Source: Neodothiora populina (taxonomy: Eukaryota). From it: 64,000 nt of DNA. Below, one piece after another: positions 27,201-40,891 of this stretch (its first letter is position 1; each line of letters starts with the position of its first letter). Under the pieces are notes generated by a model, which saw nothing but the letters and a program-made list of their open reading frames with translations, was not told where the DNA came from and did not search any database. The translations under genes and the position numbers were made by a program. The stretch is taken from the NCBI RefSeq assembly GCF_041146345.1, contig NW_027191414.1, forward strand, positions 682,001-746,000, given 5' to 3'.

Positions 27201-27706
27201 GGCTTGTCTTTGGGTCGCGAAGGGGAAACAGCAGCAACAGATGTGGCTTCGTTGTCGCCGTCACCGTTCTCGTCTTCGTCTTCATCGTCATCGTCACCAT
27301 AGTCATCCTCATCGATGGTGCGAGCAGGTCTTCGAGGAGCAGGCTCGGGGGCTGTACCCGGTGGGGGGTTATTCGAATCCAGCGCATTGTCAGGTTGTTG
27401 TGACGAGTCAACAGGGGATTGCGCAGTATCGGGGACGTCGCGAAAAAGATCTGCGATCCTAGACTCGGAATGCGACCACTTCTCCTTCAACAATAAGTGA
27501 ACTGGATCATCCTCTCCTATAGTCTCGACTTCTGCCTCAGAGGGGGCCATTGCATTGGTGATGCTGCCAATTGATCCGGCTCTGGTCACACTCCGAGGGC
27601 CTGCGCGAGCAGGACTGGTACCGTGTGCGCTCTTTGCTCTATTGATGGATGCATTGCTTGCGCCTGTGAGATGTCGCGGTCGATCTCGATGGATGGTGCC
27701 GCTCAT
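24264..27706 (-). CDS. SPT7: SAGA complex subunit Spt7 (bromodomain plus histone-fold)
   Basis: RSKWASEDKIGQEELYE; bromodomain [23 protein letters not shown]; later HAGFEDFQPSAL and [22 protein letters not shown]. Two introns near 25.4 and 24.9 kb. Confidence 0.93.
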
Positions 27707-28241
27707 TCTTCTGGCGACAGTTCACACTGCCCTGTGGACGTGTGGCACTTCCCTGGCCTAAGATGGGAATATGGGAGATGCACCATCGAAGGCAGAAATT
27801 GATGAAATCAGAACGATATTGATGAAAAAGCGACTGTAATCGATGAACTGTCCCTATTGTCGTCACTTCCACAATGGCCAACCACGCGATGAAGTCGACG
27901 ACGCGGGCACCTGCCAAGACGCTATTGTTCCTTCCCCAGTTTGTTGTACCTTCTGTATTGTACGAGTACTTTGGGAGTAAACTTGGAAGCTACGATACCG
28001 CTACCGCTACCGCTATTCATACCTTATTCTGTTACCTGACCCTATTGTGCTGCAACAAGGTGACGGGAATAACTGTATTGACGATTGAATGAGTTGTCGG
28101 AGATCACTAGATTCCTCACCCCCGCCTGTTTTCTTCGTCCAGGTCGGAAATCAAAATTCAGCGGACACATTCAGTTCTCATTCAGACTCCAGCTTGAGGT
28201 AGACCGAGCAGGCAACTGCATGTCCACAGCATAAGAGGGAT

Positions 28242-29060
28242 ATGAGGATTCGTAAACCATTCGCCGGTGAGCAAAGGGCGCATTGCAGCGCATCCAAGTA
28301 TTATAGCATCTACGGAAAATGCTAACGTCCGGCTCAAAGCGGCCTTCGTGATACTGCTGCTCATAGCAGCCAGTCTCGGACTCGCGCCAAACCGCCTACC
28401 GCAATACAAGCAGAGCGACAAAGTCTTGCACTTCATAACTTTCTTGCTCATTACCGTGAGTCGGATCCGCCTCTCTCGAGGATAACGCTTCGACGTAGAG
28501 CGATGGCTGACATAAAACAATACAGTTGTGCTTCTATTGGATACTCGAAACGAATCGTCGTCGTGTCATCCACCTTACTCTTCTCATATGCACCGCCGGC
28601 TTGAGTATCGGCTCGGAAGTTGTCCAGGGACTGCTCCCGGTTTGTCTACCCTTCGTTTCCTGCGCAAGCTGTTCGCTTTCGCTAATCACCCACGCAGAAC
28701 GGCCGCGAGTTCGACCCTTATGACATCCTCGCAAACGTCTTAGGTTCTGGTCTGGCCCTTGGAGCATGCAGCTGGTACCACAAACGAATGCTGGAGAGAC
28801 GGAGAGCCGCCCGAAAGTATCACATCGTTCCCGGCGAAGATGGCGATGGCAATGATGTCGAGCTGGGCGAGTCTGTTGGAGTGCTGGGTGGTCAGGAAAG
28901 CGGTGTGATACCCGCGGCTGATCCGCCGAATGTCACGGAAGAGCTGGACAACTGGGACGAGAACGCGGAGGACTGGGACGATGACAACGTGGACACTGCG
29001 GACGCCCCAAAGGCATCCGTCGGTGTTGATGCGGCAGAGGGCAAAAAACGAAGCGATTAG
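28242..29060 (+). CDS. VanZ-like domain membrane protein
   Basis: Spliced MRIRKPFA/AAFVILLLIAASLGL...SDKVLHFITFLLIT/LCFYWIL...SIGSEVVQGLLP/NGREFDPYDILANVLGS, followed by an acidic tail. Confidence 0.82.
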
Positions 29061-29351
29061 TGTGCAGTGTACGTCTACGTCTTTTGCGATGAAAAATAAT
29101 GTAATGGCAAGCTTGAACATCAACATCCGTAGCGGCTGGCCGCTCGTCATGCATTCGATAGTTTTTATCTAGCCACTATGGCAGAATGCTCGTAAAGGCT
29201 AGATCGCGTTGATGCCGAGGTTCTCCATCGGAGAGGAGACAGCATTCCGGCATGATACATTTTTCAATTTCTATCCCATGAATGCAACCTCGCGCCTGCC
29301 TAGTCCTGGAGACAGACGCCTTGACAAAAATCCCTGAACGAAACACATCGT

Positions 29352-30037
29352 TTAAGCAGCAGCACCGGCCGAGACCTTAGCGGCTTGCTGAGGGGTGACC
29401 TTCTTGCCGTCCTTGTTGTAGCGAACTCTTGGGGGAGGGGCACGGTTGCGGCGGCCGTCACGGGAACGGACACTGTGGAGGTCAGCATCAGTATCGAGAC
29501 CATGTGTGTGCCGGAGCTCCTATTCCAGGCTTTCGTTCGACGATTGATGAGAGAGAAACGTACCGGACAATCTTTCCGTGGATGGCGCAAGAGACGCAGT
29601 ACTGGAGCTTCAGGTACATCTTTGGGACGGCGTACTCGGCGAAGACGGAGGCATCAGAGATATCACCTGCAAAAGTAACACAGCGGGTCAGTTCCTTGGT
29701 CCTCAGGTATCGCTGAACAAAGTCCTCCGATGGTCCGATCCAAACACGTCGTGGCGGTCGTTCCTTCTCCGCCACCTGTCCCTCCAAAATCCAAAGTGCG
29801 TGGGAGAATGGCGAAACGTACGGATGGCGGCAGACTCGACCATGTTGCGGATGGTGAATCTCTTGATTGCCTTGTCCTTGGGGGTGCATCGCGAGCAGTT
29901 GGAGCAGCGGACGGGCTTGACGTGACCACGTCCCTTCTTGTTGCGGCCGCTGTAAGGAGACTGTGTCAGCGATGTCATGTTCGCCGGGAAGCACGAGTTG
30001 CTGGGCATGCGTACTTGGACGCTCTCTTCTTGACCAT
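29352..30037 (-). CDS. RPS26: 40S ribosomal protein S26 (eS26)
   Basis: [58 protein letters not shown]...[17 protein letters not shown]. Three introns. Confidence 0.97.
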
Positions 30038-30734
30038 GTTGGGCGACTGGTACAATTAATCTCCTGGACAGTAAAGTATAGGAACGTCTTGTATCCCAGG
30101 TGGAGGCGTTTGGCGTTGGATGTGTCGCTGTCGCGGTCTCGAAATTCAATAGCTTTGCGGGCAAAGGTGCAATTTCGTAAGTGCAGGCCGTCACGTGTCT
30201 AGCGAGGTCTCGCCAAGCAGAGTGTGCTGTGCCAAGAGTAGCTAGCCAGCTGTGACGCTGTGTGCTGGGAGAGTGAGTAGCCTGACTACCTGAGAGCCAA
30301 GCTGACCTCGGCGGAAACATACCCCGCTTCTCCGTGATGACCATCTCGCTCCTTTTGCCCCCGAGCCCCCTTGGCTGTGCGGAATGCACGCCTACAGCAC
30401 CTTAGGGGAAGAAGAGATGGAAGCTTTTCTGCAGTGCCTCATCCCGGCTCCCAGGGTCCCGTTCAAGGGTCCCGAGGGCGACCGAGCTGCCCGTCAGTGT
30501 CTCATGCCTACGCCGCACGGACCTCCCTATTCTTGGTTTGTTGTTTACGGGAGAAATGTACATAGAGGCACACAGGCATAACTCATAACTCTACCCCGTC
30601 TTCGGTGTTATTACCACTTTGCCCTCAGGCTCGGACCTCCTGAAAGTGCAGATACAGTACACCGCACTGCTACAAGACAAGAGGCTGCTGCTAAGGTCTC
30701 CACCTTAATATTCCTGATCTCCAACCGGCCAAGG

Positions 30735-32937
30735 ATGTCCGCCACTGGCACATATAGAGGAACTCCAAAGTCTCGGGGTCAAATCCCGTTTCATCAAGAC
30801 AGCCCCTCTGCGATTCCCAGACCAAAATACGAATCATCAGCCAGTGCTGCCAGCGACGCCATGTCGACACTCAGCGCCAGCAGGGCGAAGCAGTCCAAGA
30901 GGGACGAGGTGTGTAAAATCCTTCTTCGTGCCTGACGCTGTCTGGTGGTGCCTGATGGTGCCTGAATCGCGTCTCTAACCATCGTTCTCAGGCTATCCGG
31001 AGGAAGATTGAGACGGATCTGAGCAAGAAGAAGAACAATCCGGCAAGAGCGAGACAGTCCCGTAAAGCACCCCCTGGCACCGTTCTGGCACTCCGACCCA
31101 GTCCCGCCCTCCAGATCAAGCCCAACACCACTGTCGCCGAAGCTGCCCAGTTGATGGCAGCGAAGAGAGAAGACTGTGTCCTTGTCACTGATGATGATGA
31201 TCGCATCGCCGGTATCTTCACCGCCAAGGATCTTGCATTTCGAGTGGTTGGAGAGGGCATCAAAGCAAACAGTATCACCATCGCCGATATCATGACCAAG
31301 AACCCATTGTGCGCAAAGACAGATACCAGCGCGACAGACGCTTTGGATCTCATGGTGCGCAAGGGTTTCAGACATCTTCCGGTCATGGATGAGAACCACG
31401 ACATCTCGGGCATTCTAGATATCACAAAGTGTTTCTACGATGCCATGGAGAAACTGGAAAGGGCGTACAGTTCGTCTCGCAAATTGTACGATGCGCTCGA
31501 AGGTGTACAGGCCGAACTCGGCTCCAGTCAGCCCCAGCAGATTATCCAGTACGTCGAAGCTATCAGACACAAGATGTCCGGTCCAACTCTCGAGTCCGTT
31601 CTCAACGGCCTACCTCCCATCACCGTTTCGGTGCGTACCTCCGTAAAGGAGGCAGCGGCACTCATGAAAGAGAACCACACAACTGCGGTACTTGTTCAGG
31701 ATCAAGGGTCAATCACCGGTATCTTTACTAGCAAGGATGTCGTTTTGCGCGTCATCGCTGCAGGTCTCGATCCGTCAAATTGCAGCGTTGTTCGTGTCAT
31801 GACACCTCATCCCGATTTTGCGCCTATGGACATGAGCATCCAGTCTGCTCTGCGAAAGATGCATGGTATGTTATTAGCGATAAGTACAGTCGGATAGGGA
31901 CTTCGCTGAATCGTCTACAGACGGACACTACCTGAATCTGCCTGTTATGAGCAATGAAGGCGAGATCGTTGGCATGGTGGATGTGCTCAAATTGACATAT
32001 GCCACCCTTGACCAGGTAAGCGCCATCGAATAGCATGAATTTGGGTTCATGAAATTGACGTCTCTAGGTCAACACCATGTCGACTGGCGACAGCGAAGGC
32101 CCCGCATGGAACAAATTCTGGATGTCACTGGACCACGAGACGGAGTCCATGATGTCAGGTGAAGGTGGAAGCCACCACCCGCGTACCGAAGATGCACGCT
32201 CTCTCGTTTCTCCCGAAATGCAACGGCCAGGAATGGACCGACTTGAAAGTGTCGCTCCAGCAGACTCGGCATCGCACCACGGTCGCGACTCGCCCGAGCC
32301 TTCCGCGGTCACTGGCGCCATGACTGCACCCATCGAGAGCACTCCCTTCCCCTTCAAGTTCAGGGCGCCCCACGGCAGAATGCACCGTCTCCAGGTTGTG
32401 GCATCAGAAGGCATGGCCGAGATGATTGCCAATGTCGCGGAGAAGCTTGGTGCGGAGGCCAACGATATCGGCGGCGTGCCTGTGTTCGAAGATGGCAAGC
32501 TCGGCCACGCCGGGTTTGCGCTCAGCTACCTTGACGACGAGGGTGACACAGTATCGATCACGACTGACCGGGACCTGTTGGAGGCGATTACACTTGCGAG
32601 GCACGGACACAGGGAGAAGGTGGACTTGTTCGTACACGACCCAGAGCAGCCGCCCATCCCTGCAACAATGGCTCCCCAACCGGCCGTATCGCAGGTCGCA
32701 ACGCCTCCAGAAAGCTCAGTGAGATCAAGAAGAACGCACATCGAAGATGATGAAGAGGATGCCGAGGAGATGATGGAGCGGCGAAGAGAGAGGAGGCCGA
32801 CAAGTGGTCATGGAAAGGCTGAAGCGGCGCAAGTCATTGCCGGCGTGCCCAACGATCTCTTACTACCAGGTGCCATCGTCACGCTAGCTGTGGTGATTGT
32901 CGGTGTTTTTGCCATCGGCAGGGCTACCAGCAAATGA
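30735..32937 (+). CDS. CBS-domain/PB1-domain protein with C-terminal TM anchor (Mug70-like)
   Basis: Tandem CBS repeats (GIFTAKDLAFRVV; GIFTSKDVVLRVI), PB1 motif LSYLDDEGDTVSITTDRDL and a hydrophobic C-terminus. Three introns. Confidence 0.88.
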
Positions 32938-33793
32938 GTGGGTGGACGGCAGGCAGCATGAAGGCATACCAAAGACGGCACTTCATGCGGACCACCGGCA
33001 ACAACTCTGACATTCAGCGCTCCCAGCGATACCATCTTTAATTGCTCTTGTTTCTCTGTACATGTCATCACACATGGTTGTCATTCGTTTTCTGGCTCGC
33101 GCTTCAGAAGGCAATGGACGCTACTATACTAGGTTTTACCGTATTTCGTTTCTGTCGTTTCAATGAACATCTTAATGTCTCAAGTGGTCTTGGTGAAATT
33201 CTACGTGTCCGTCCCGGTGTCCTGCATGTCCGGCTCCAGGACGACTGTCTGGTGGTAATGACGAACATACAGTAGGCATACGGTAGTAAATGAGGTAGGT
33301 TAATCCTATTGGCCATAAAGTGCAGGGAGCCCAGGACTTTTGACTTATTTGGCCGCAAGGAATGGTTGCCTTTTGTTTAACTGTGTACAGTCAGGTAGCC
33401 TTATTAGGAGCATCACAGATGAGACCCTGGGAAAAGTTGCCAGCCATCCCCCACAAAATAACAAGACTTCAAGCATCTTTGACTCGGTCCTGATTATTTA
33501 TTTCCCATACCACTGAGATTTCTTATCTGCCCACGCTAAAAGCCTTCGCTGTGTATCACGTAACGACACACCCACACAGCGCAATCATCAAAGAGTGTTC
33601 GAGGTATCCATGTTCCACTGCGCGTCTATATTTGATAAACACGACCTGACACATGTGCACACAGGGGCCAGTCAGACATTCTTGGCAGCGGCATTATTTT
33701 TAACACAGCAGATTGCATGTGCGCCTGGAGGGGAAACATCTCTCTCTCTTTCTGCATCTGAAGAAAAATCATCACATCTTCTTCCTGTCAACC

Positions 33794-36700
33794 ATGTCGG
33801 TGTTACCGCCCGAAGTGCACTCGGCACTGAACAATCTGCTTCAAGGCCTACAGTCGACGGACAACACCCTTCGCACGCAGGCTGAAGAACAGCTCAACAC
33901 AGAATGGGCCCAGGCACGACCCGAGGTGTTGTTGATGGGGTTGGGAGAACAATTGCAAGGCTCCGAACAAGCTGCGGTACGGAATATGAACGACGACGAC
34001 AGCGAAAAGAAAGAAAGTGAGCGTGTCGCTGACGGAATTGCTTTCACAGACACGTTCATTTGCAGCAGTCCTGTTTCGCCGGATATCTACGCGCACCTCC
34101 AAGGACCAGGCCGGACAATCTAAGGAACTGTTCCTCACCCTCCAGGAAGGTCAGCGCAATGCTATCAGGGGCAAGGTCCTAGAGTGTCTTGCCAGCGAGA
34201 CCATGCCCTCCGTGCGCAACAAGGTCGCCGATGCGATAGCCGAGATTGCCAGACAATACACCGACGAGCACGTCATGAACTCCGATGGCTCAAGAGACAC
34301 CTGGCCGGAATTGCTGGGATCCTTATTCCAGGCCAGCCAGTCCGCAGATGCTGGTCAACGAGAGGCTGCCTTCCGCATCTTTGCCACCACTCCCGGCATC
34401 ATCGAGAAGCAGCACGAGGAGGTTGTTCTGGCCGCCTTCACCAAGGGTTTCAAGGACACCGATGTTGCTGTAAGATCTAATGCCTCTGCATACATTGATC
34501 CTGATGTGCTAACACGTGCCTGTTAGGTCCAACTCGCTGCCATGGACGCATTCGCCTCGTTCTTCCACTCGATCAACAGAAAGTCTCAACAGAAATACTA
34601 CGCACTGATTCCCGACATTCTCAATATCCTTCCGCCGCTCAAGGAGGCCAGCAACTCAGACGATCTCACCAAGGCTCTTCTCGCCATGATCGACCTGGCA
34701 GAAGCGGCACCAAAGATGTTCAAGCCACTGTTCCACGACCTCGTGACATTCAGCATCACCGTCATCCAGGACAAGGACTTGGACGACCAGGCCAGACAGA
34801 ACGCCCTCGAGCTCATGGCCACCTTCGCAGACCAGAACCCGCAGATGTGCCGCAAGGACGCCTCGTACACTTCTGAGATGGTCACCCAATGCTTGTCGCT
34901 CATGACCGATGTCGGCATCGACGACGATGACGCCGAGGAGTGGAACGCATCAGAGGATCTCGATATTGATGAGAGCGACATGAACCACGTCGCCGGTGAG
35001 CAGACAATGGATCGCCTTGCCAACAAACTCGGCGGTCAGGCCGTTCTACCACCCACCTTCAACTGGCTTCCCCGCATGATCGCTTCCGGAGCGTGGAGAG
35101 ACCGTCACGCCGCTCTCATGGCTATTTCTGCCATCTCTGAGGGTTGTCAGGAGCTGATGGAGGGCGAGCTCGACAAAGTCCTGGAGTTGGTCGTCCCAGC
35201 GTTGCAAGACCCGCATCCCCGTGTGCGATGGGCTGCTTGCAACGCGCTCGGCCAGATGAGCACCGACTTCAAGGGCACGATGCAGTCAAAGTATCACAAC
35301 GTCGTTCTTCCTGCTCTCATCCCTGCTTTGCAGTCGACCGAGCCTCGTGTCGCTTCGCACGCTGCCGCTGCTCTGGTCAACTTCTGCGAAGAGGCCGAGA
35401 AGGAGACCCTCGAGCCTTACCTGGACTCGCTCCTCAACAATCTGCTCACTTTGCTCCAGAGCCCCAAGCGTTTCGTACAAGAGCAGGCTCTGTCAACCAT
35501 CGCCACCGTGGCAGACTCGGCCGAGTCCAAGTTCGGCAAGTATTACGATACCCTTATGCCCTTGCTGTTCAACGTGCTGCGTGAGGAGCAGAGCAAGGAA
35601 TACCGTCTTCTCAGGGCCAAGGCCATGGAGTGTGCCACCCTCATCGCTTTGGCGGTTGGCAAGGAGCGCATGGGACAGGATGCCATCGCTCTTGTCCAGG
35701 TGCTCGGAACCATCCAGCAGAGCATCACCGAGTCAGACGACCCTCAGGCTTCTTACCTGCTGCACTGCTGGGGTCGTATGTGCCGTATCCTTGGCGCAGA
35801 CTTCTTGCCTTATCTTCCCGCAGTCATGCCTCCACTTCTCGAGCTTGCCAAGGCTAAGGCTGATATTCAGCTTCTGGATGACGAGGAGAACGTTGCACAG
35901 ATCGAACAGGAGGAAGGCTGGGAGCTTGTGCCCCTCAAGGGCAAGTTCATCGGCATCAAGACCAGCACCTTGGATGACAAGCACATGGCAATCGAGCTCA
36001 TTGTCGTCTACGCCCAACATCTCGAAGGCGCCTTCCAGGATTATGTCCTCGACACCATGGAGAGCATTGCTATCCCAGGCCTCGCCTTCTTCTTCCACGA
36101 GCCTGTACGCGTTGCTGCCGCCAAGTGTGTGCCCGCCCTTTTGAGCTCCTACAAGGTCGCACAGGGTCTGCAATCGCCGCAGTTCCAACAGCTGTGGCAG
36201 AGTACCATCGTCAAAGTCTTGGAGGTGCTTGAGCCCGAGCCATCCATCGATACCCTGGCCGAGATGTACCAGTGCTTCTACGAGTCGGTTGAGGTTTGTG
36301 GCAAGGGTTGTCTCAGCAACGAGCACATGGCCGCCTTTGTCACTGCCGCCGAGAGCGTGCTCAAGGAGTACCAAGTCCGTGTGACGGAACGTCTGGAGGA
36401 CGCCGCAGACCGCGACGACGGTGAGGAGGCCAGCGAAGAGGTGCTCTTCGCCATCGAGGACGACCAGACTCTGCTCTCAGACATGAACAAGGCTTTCCAC
36501 ACCATCTTCAAGAACCAAGGCACATCATTCCTTCCTCACTGGGAGCGCCTGCTACCTTTCCTTGACCACTCAATCACAAACCCTGACTCGACGCAACGAC
36601 AGTGGGCGCTCTGCATCATGGACGATGTGTTGGAGTTCTGCGGCCCCGAATCGTGGAAGTACCAGTCGCATATTGTCCAGCCGTTGGTGGACGGCATTCA

Positions 36701-37292
36701 AGACGACATTCCGGCCAACCGACAAGCAGCATGTTACGGCGCCGGTGTGCTCGCTCACAAGGGCGGCGAGCCCTGGTCCCAACTCGCCAGCGCCAGTCTG
36801 CCGCTCCTTTTCCAAGCCACGCAAAGACCGGACGCGCGTGAGGATGACCACGCCTTCGCTACCGAGAACGCATGTGCAAGTATCGCCAAGATTCTTCAGT
36901 TCAACAGCAGCAAGATACCCAATGTGCAAGAGGTTGTCACTGGCTGGATAGACACTCTTCCCGTGGTCAACGACGAGGAGGCCGCACCCTATGCTTATTC
37001 CTTCCTCGCACAGCTCATCGAACAGTAAGTTTTTTTACCCTCCTTTCGCAATACTTTTAGATCAGGAACTGACAATGGCCCAAGAAACAACCCGGCTGTG
37101 CTGCAGCAAGCGGCGCGATGCTTCAACTTCATCGCACAGGCACTGGAAGCAGAGACGCTGCAAGGACAGACAGCCCAGCGCGTGGTCAACTCGGCGAAGA
37201 CGCTGATCGCCGCAGCTCAATTAGATGCCAACCAGCTACTTGCCGGTATGACACCCGAGACTCAGCACACGGTCCGCGCGTTTTTTAGCTAG
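33794..37292 (+). CDS. PSE1: Importin beta-3 / karyopherin Kap121 (HEAT repeats)
   Basis: WRDRHAALMAISAISEGC, DPHPRVRWAACNALGQMSTDF and ATENACASIAK motifs. Three introns. Confidence 0.93.
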
Positions 37293-38563
37293 ACTTAGGT
37301 AGAGGCAGAGAGAAGAAATTATTACAGGTCATGAAACAAAGGAAAAAATCTCAAACACCCAATTTTTCGATTCATGGAACCCGTGAGAGAGTATTTGGAC
37401 CTCCTTCAGCGAAGTTGGCGCAGTAGAGCAGAGACGACCTGTCGTGCTGGATTCGAAACCCCGTCGCAACGTACACTCGTGACAACGCACGCATTTTGCC
37501 AAAGAAAGCAGCAAGTTGGTAACAGTGAAGAGCCAACAGTTCTCTTCCAGCTCTCATTTTCGTCGCACCTAGATTTCAGTAGGCTTTTGCTACTCATTGT
37601 CATTAGAGATGATGACGATCCCTTATGTGTCTACATCCATGCTGACGATGGTCCTCTCGGTTCTACTCTGTTTCTATTTGCCATAACCTTCCAAAGCACC
37701 ATATCACTACTTTCACAAGTCAGTAATCACATCCTATCAGAAACAAAAACCCCTGACTTCGTCCAAATGGCTCTCGGAACCGGAACCTTGATCAAAATAA
37801 CATGAAGCAGATATATGAAGCAAAAAGGGCGAGGAAAGGAAAGACGCATATCAAAGACGTGTGATAAACAATCCCTGCTCTGTTCATGAACCAAGAGGGA
37901 GGGGCATGAAGAAGCAGAACGAAAATAAAGAGATGCATAAAGAGTAAAAAGAAAGAGTGGGTTTGTTCTTGGAGGGCTGATCATAGGGAGACCCTGTCCA
38001 TTATCTACTTGCTCCTGTCACTCCTACCTCCTGTCCTCAATCCTTGGACTTCGATAACAAACTCCCTGTTTTTCCGATATCGCTATGTCCCTCTCCTCAT
38101 CAATGAAATTTTTGCTGCTCAGTTGCTCACCTCCCACTGCTTGCTGGCTGGCTGTCGGGAACATGGCAGGACTCGGTAACGCTGCGATAGATGCGACGGG
38201 CAAAGAAAACACTGAGGAGTCGTTTCGAATAATTGTCGTTGTTTCTACTATGCGATTCTACTCTACTGTTGTTGTTTTCTGTCTTCTTCCTCGTCACTAC
38301 ACAGACCTCTGAGATCGATCGCATCTTTCCTCTCTTATTCACGAGTTCGCGCGCCTTGGTCGCTGAAAAGACGGGAGACACGCGGGTGCGAGAGAAATAA
38401 AAATCAGAGCAAGGAAAGAAACGAGGATGCGAAAGACTTTACTTCGGCTTCATGTATGTCTGTATATAGATGTAGCAATCCAATCCGCTATAGGTAGAGC
38501 TCTCCACGGACGGATCGATACGGCACAGCAGAAACGAGAAATCGAAAAGGAAAACAAAAAAAA

Positions 38564-40172
38564 TCATGCGCCCTCGCTGCCAAACTCGGCAGTCCATTCG
38601 GCGTTTCGCGTGAGATCTTCCCCGCTGACCGTCGGTCGCGAGGCCTTGATTGCCCTCTTGAAGTCTTTGACCACGAGAGGGGGCTCGAGCAGTTGGTCGG
38701 ACTCGACTTCTGTCCAGGACATTTCTGTCGCGCCGTCGTCTCCTGGTGAGCAGGGGGTGACTTTCTCTTTGCCGTCTACCATGACCTGTGAGGAGGTGTC
38801 AGTGATTTTGTGGGAATGGTGAGAAGGAAAGCGGAATAAATACCTTCTTGTAATGAGTGGCTGTTTGAATCTTTCGGACGGGTTGCATCAGGGCATCTTG
38901 CACGGCAATGCTGATATCACTTCCAGAGTACCCCTCGCTCAGCGCGGCGAGTTCCCTGTAGTCTTCCTGCTTCAGGTCGCATGGGGTGGTGCCGACGGCG
39001 AGCTCGAACATTCTCATGCGAGCAGGCAAGTCGGGAAGACTGATGTGCACTCGGCGCTGGAAACGTCTTCGGATGGCCGAATCGAGCTGCCAGGGGATAT
39101 TTGTTGCTCCCAGAATCAGCACGCCCTTGGAGTCTCGACCCACACCGTCCATCTGGACCAGTAGTTCGGTTTTGATACGTCGCGATGCTTCTGACTCGCC
39201 TTCTCCACGCGGACCACACAGCGCATCGATCTCGTCGATGAAGATGATGGAAGGCTTGTTTTCTCTCGCCATGTTGAATAGTTGCTTGACCAGACTGGCG
39301 AAAACGTATTAGTCTCCGAAAGCAGCATTTTGCGCGTCGAAAAGGAAACATACCGTTCACTCTCACCCATCCATTTGCTGACCAAGTCACTACTGCTCAC
39401 ACTGAAGAAGGTACTGTTTGCTTCCGTAGCCACGGCCTTCGCGAGGTAACTCTTACCGGTACCGGGGGGACCGTAGAGCAGGATACCTTTCCACGGTTGT
39501 CGCTTACCAGTAAACAAGTGTGGGAATTTGATTGGCAGGATGACGGCTTCCTTGAGAGCTTCCTTGGCCTGCTCCAGACCTGCGACGTCTTCCCATTTGA
39601 TATTTGGTTTTTCTGACAAAATAGATCCAGCAAGAGCACCTCGGAGTTTCTTGGAGTCTGCATCTTCGCCGTCTTCGTCGTCGCCCCTAGCGAACGGGAA
39701 ATGTTAGTGAGATGCACAGAACATGATGGGACCAAGTTGACACACTTCTTGCCTCCTCCGCCAGACACCTTGCCGTTGGACCCCACAGCACTCGGCTTCT
39801 TGTTATTAGGTTTATCTTGTTCCGCCAGATGGTTCTTCAACTTCTCGGCTCGGTCCATGTATTCTGCGGTTTTCGTACGGATCATCTCCTTGGATTTGGC
39901 ATTTTTCTCCCCTGTTCAGTCCATGTCAGCAGCTTGATGCGCAATAGATGAGGTACGGCAAGCAAACTTACATTTCAGAGCGAGCATGAACAGCTCGACT
40001 GTTTCGAAAGGTCAGTGACTGCCTGCTGAGTGTCTATGAGTGTGCAGCAGGTGATCGACGCACGTGCTTGGTAATATGTCTGATATGCCTTTTCATATTC
40101 TCCCGCTGTGTCTTGTTCGATGGCCTTCTTGACCACGTCGATCGCCCTCCCCAGGAAGTCTGTGTTGCTCAT
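38564..40172 (-). CDS. VPS4: AAA-ATPase Vps4 (MIT plus AAA domains)
   Basis: [14 protein letters not shown] domain; [13 protein letters not shown]; Walker [15 protein letters not shown]; end motif EFGSEG. Five introns. Confidence 0.96.
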
Positions 40173-40891
40173 CTCGGCCGGTCGTCGCGATGTTGTGCTA
40201 TGCTGTGTTATGCGGTGCTCTTATTGTTGAATTGTTCCTAGATCGGTGTCTGATAGCGACAGAGGGGCGACAGTGACTCGGTTTGTGTGCGCTACCTCTC
40301 GAGCCAGAAGGATGTTGTTGTTGTCGCAGATGCGCAGATGCCTAGACTGTGTGACTGTGATGGTTGGAGTTGATGCGTATCCCCAGAAAGGCTTCAGCTC
40401 AGTCTATTGCGATTGGAGAACAGAATGGCGCGCGTGGTGTTGAGGATAACGAACAATCTTGAGGCGTGAGAGAAGAGGAAGGAACTTGATCGCAAGCGGC
40501 AGGTACTGGATGGCATGTGAAGCAGGTACGGCAAGACAACCCTACTGATACTCCATCTCTATCTCTATACCTTACAGCAGCACCTCATGTACAATCAATA
40601 GCGGCCGGTCCCCGCGGTGAAACCCCACAATCTTGAGGTCTTGGTCTGGATTTGGCCGCCGCTGCCGCTTCCGTCGCTGTCGTCAGGTACACACACCACT
40701 TTCTACCGACCTACCTGACTCTATTCATTGTTATATACTATATCATCTCTCACTCTCATTGTGATTACGACATATAGTTGTTTACCGTTAACAAGGCAGG
40801 TTCTTGCGCTTGTTCAAATGTTTCATTTTCTATTCGACAGCTTTATATCACTAATGCGCCTAACAACGACTCATGCTAGAAACTAAACAAT

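Noticed and set aside
37608..37670. ATGATGA...CTGA, a possible additional C/D snoRNA between PSE1 and VPS4
   Set aside because: No second box D at a suitable distance and no recognisable rRNA guide.
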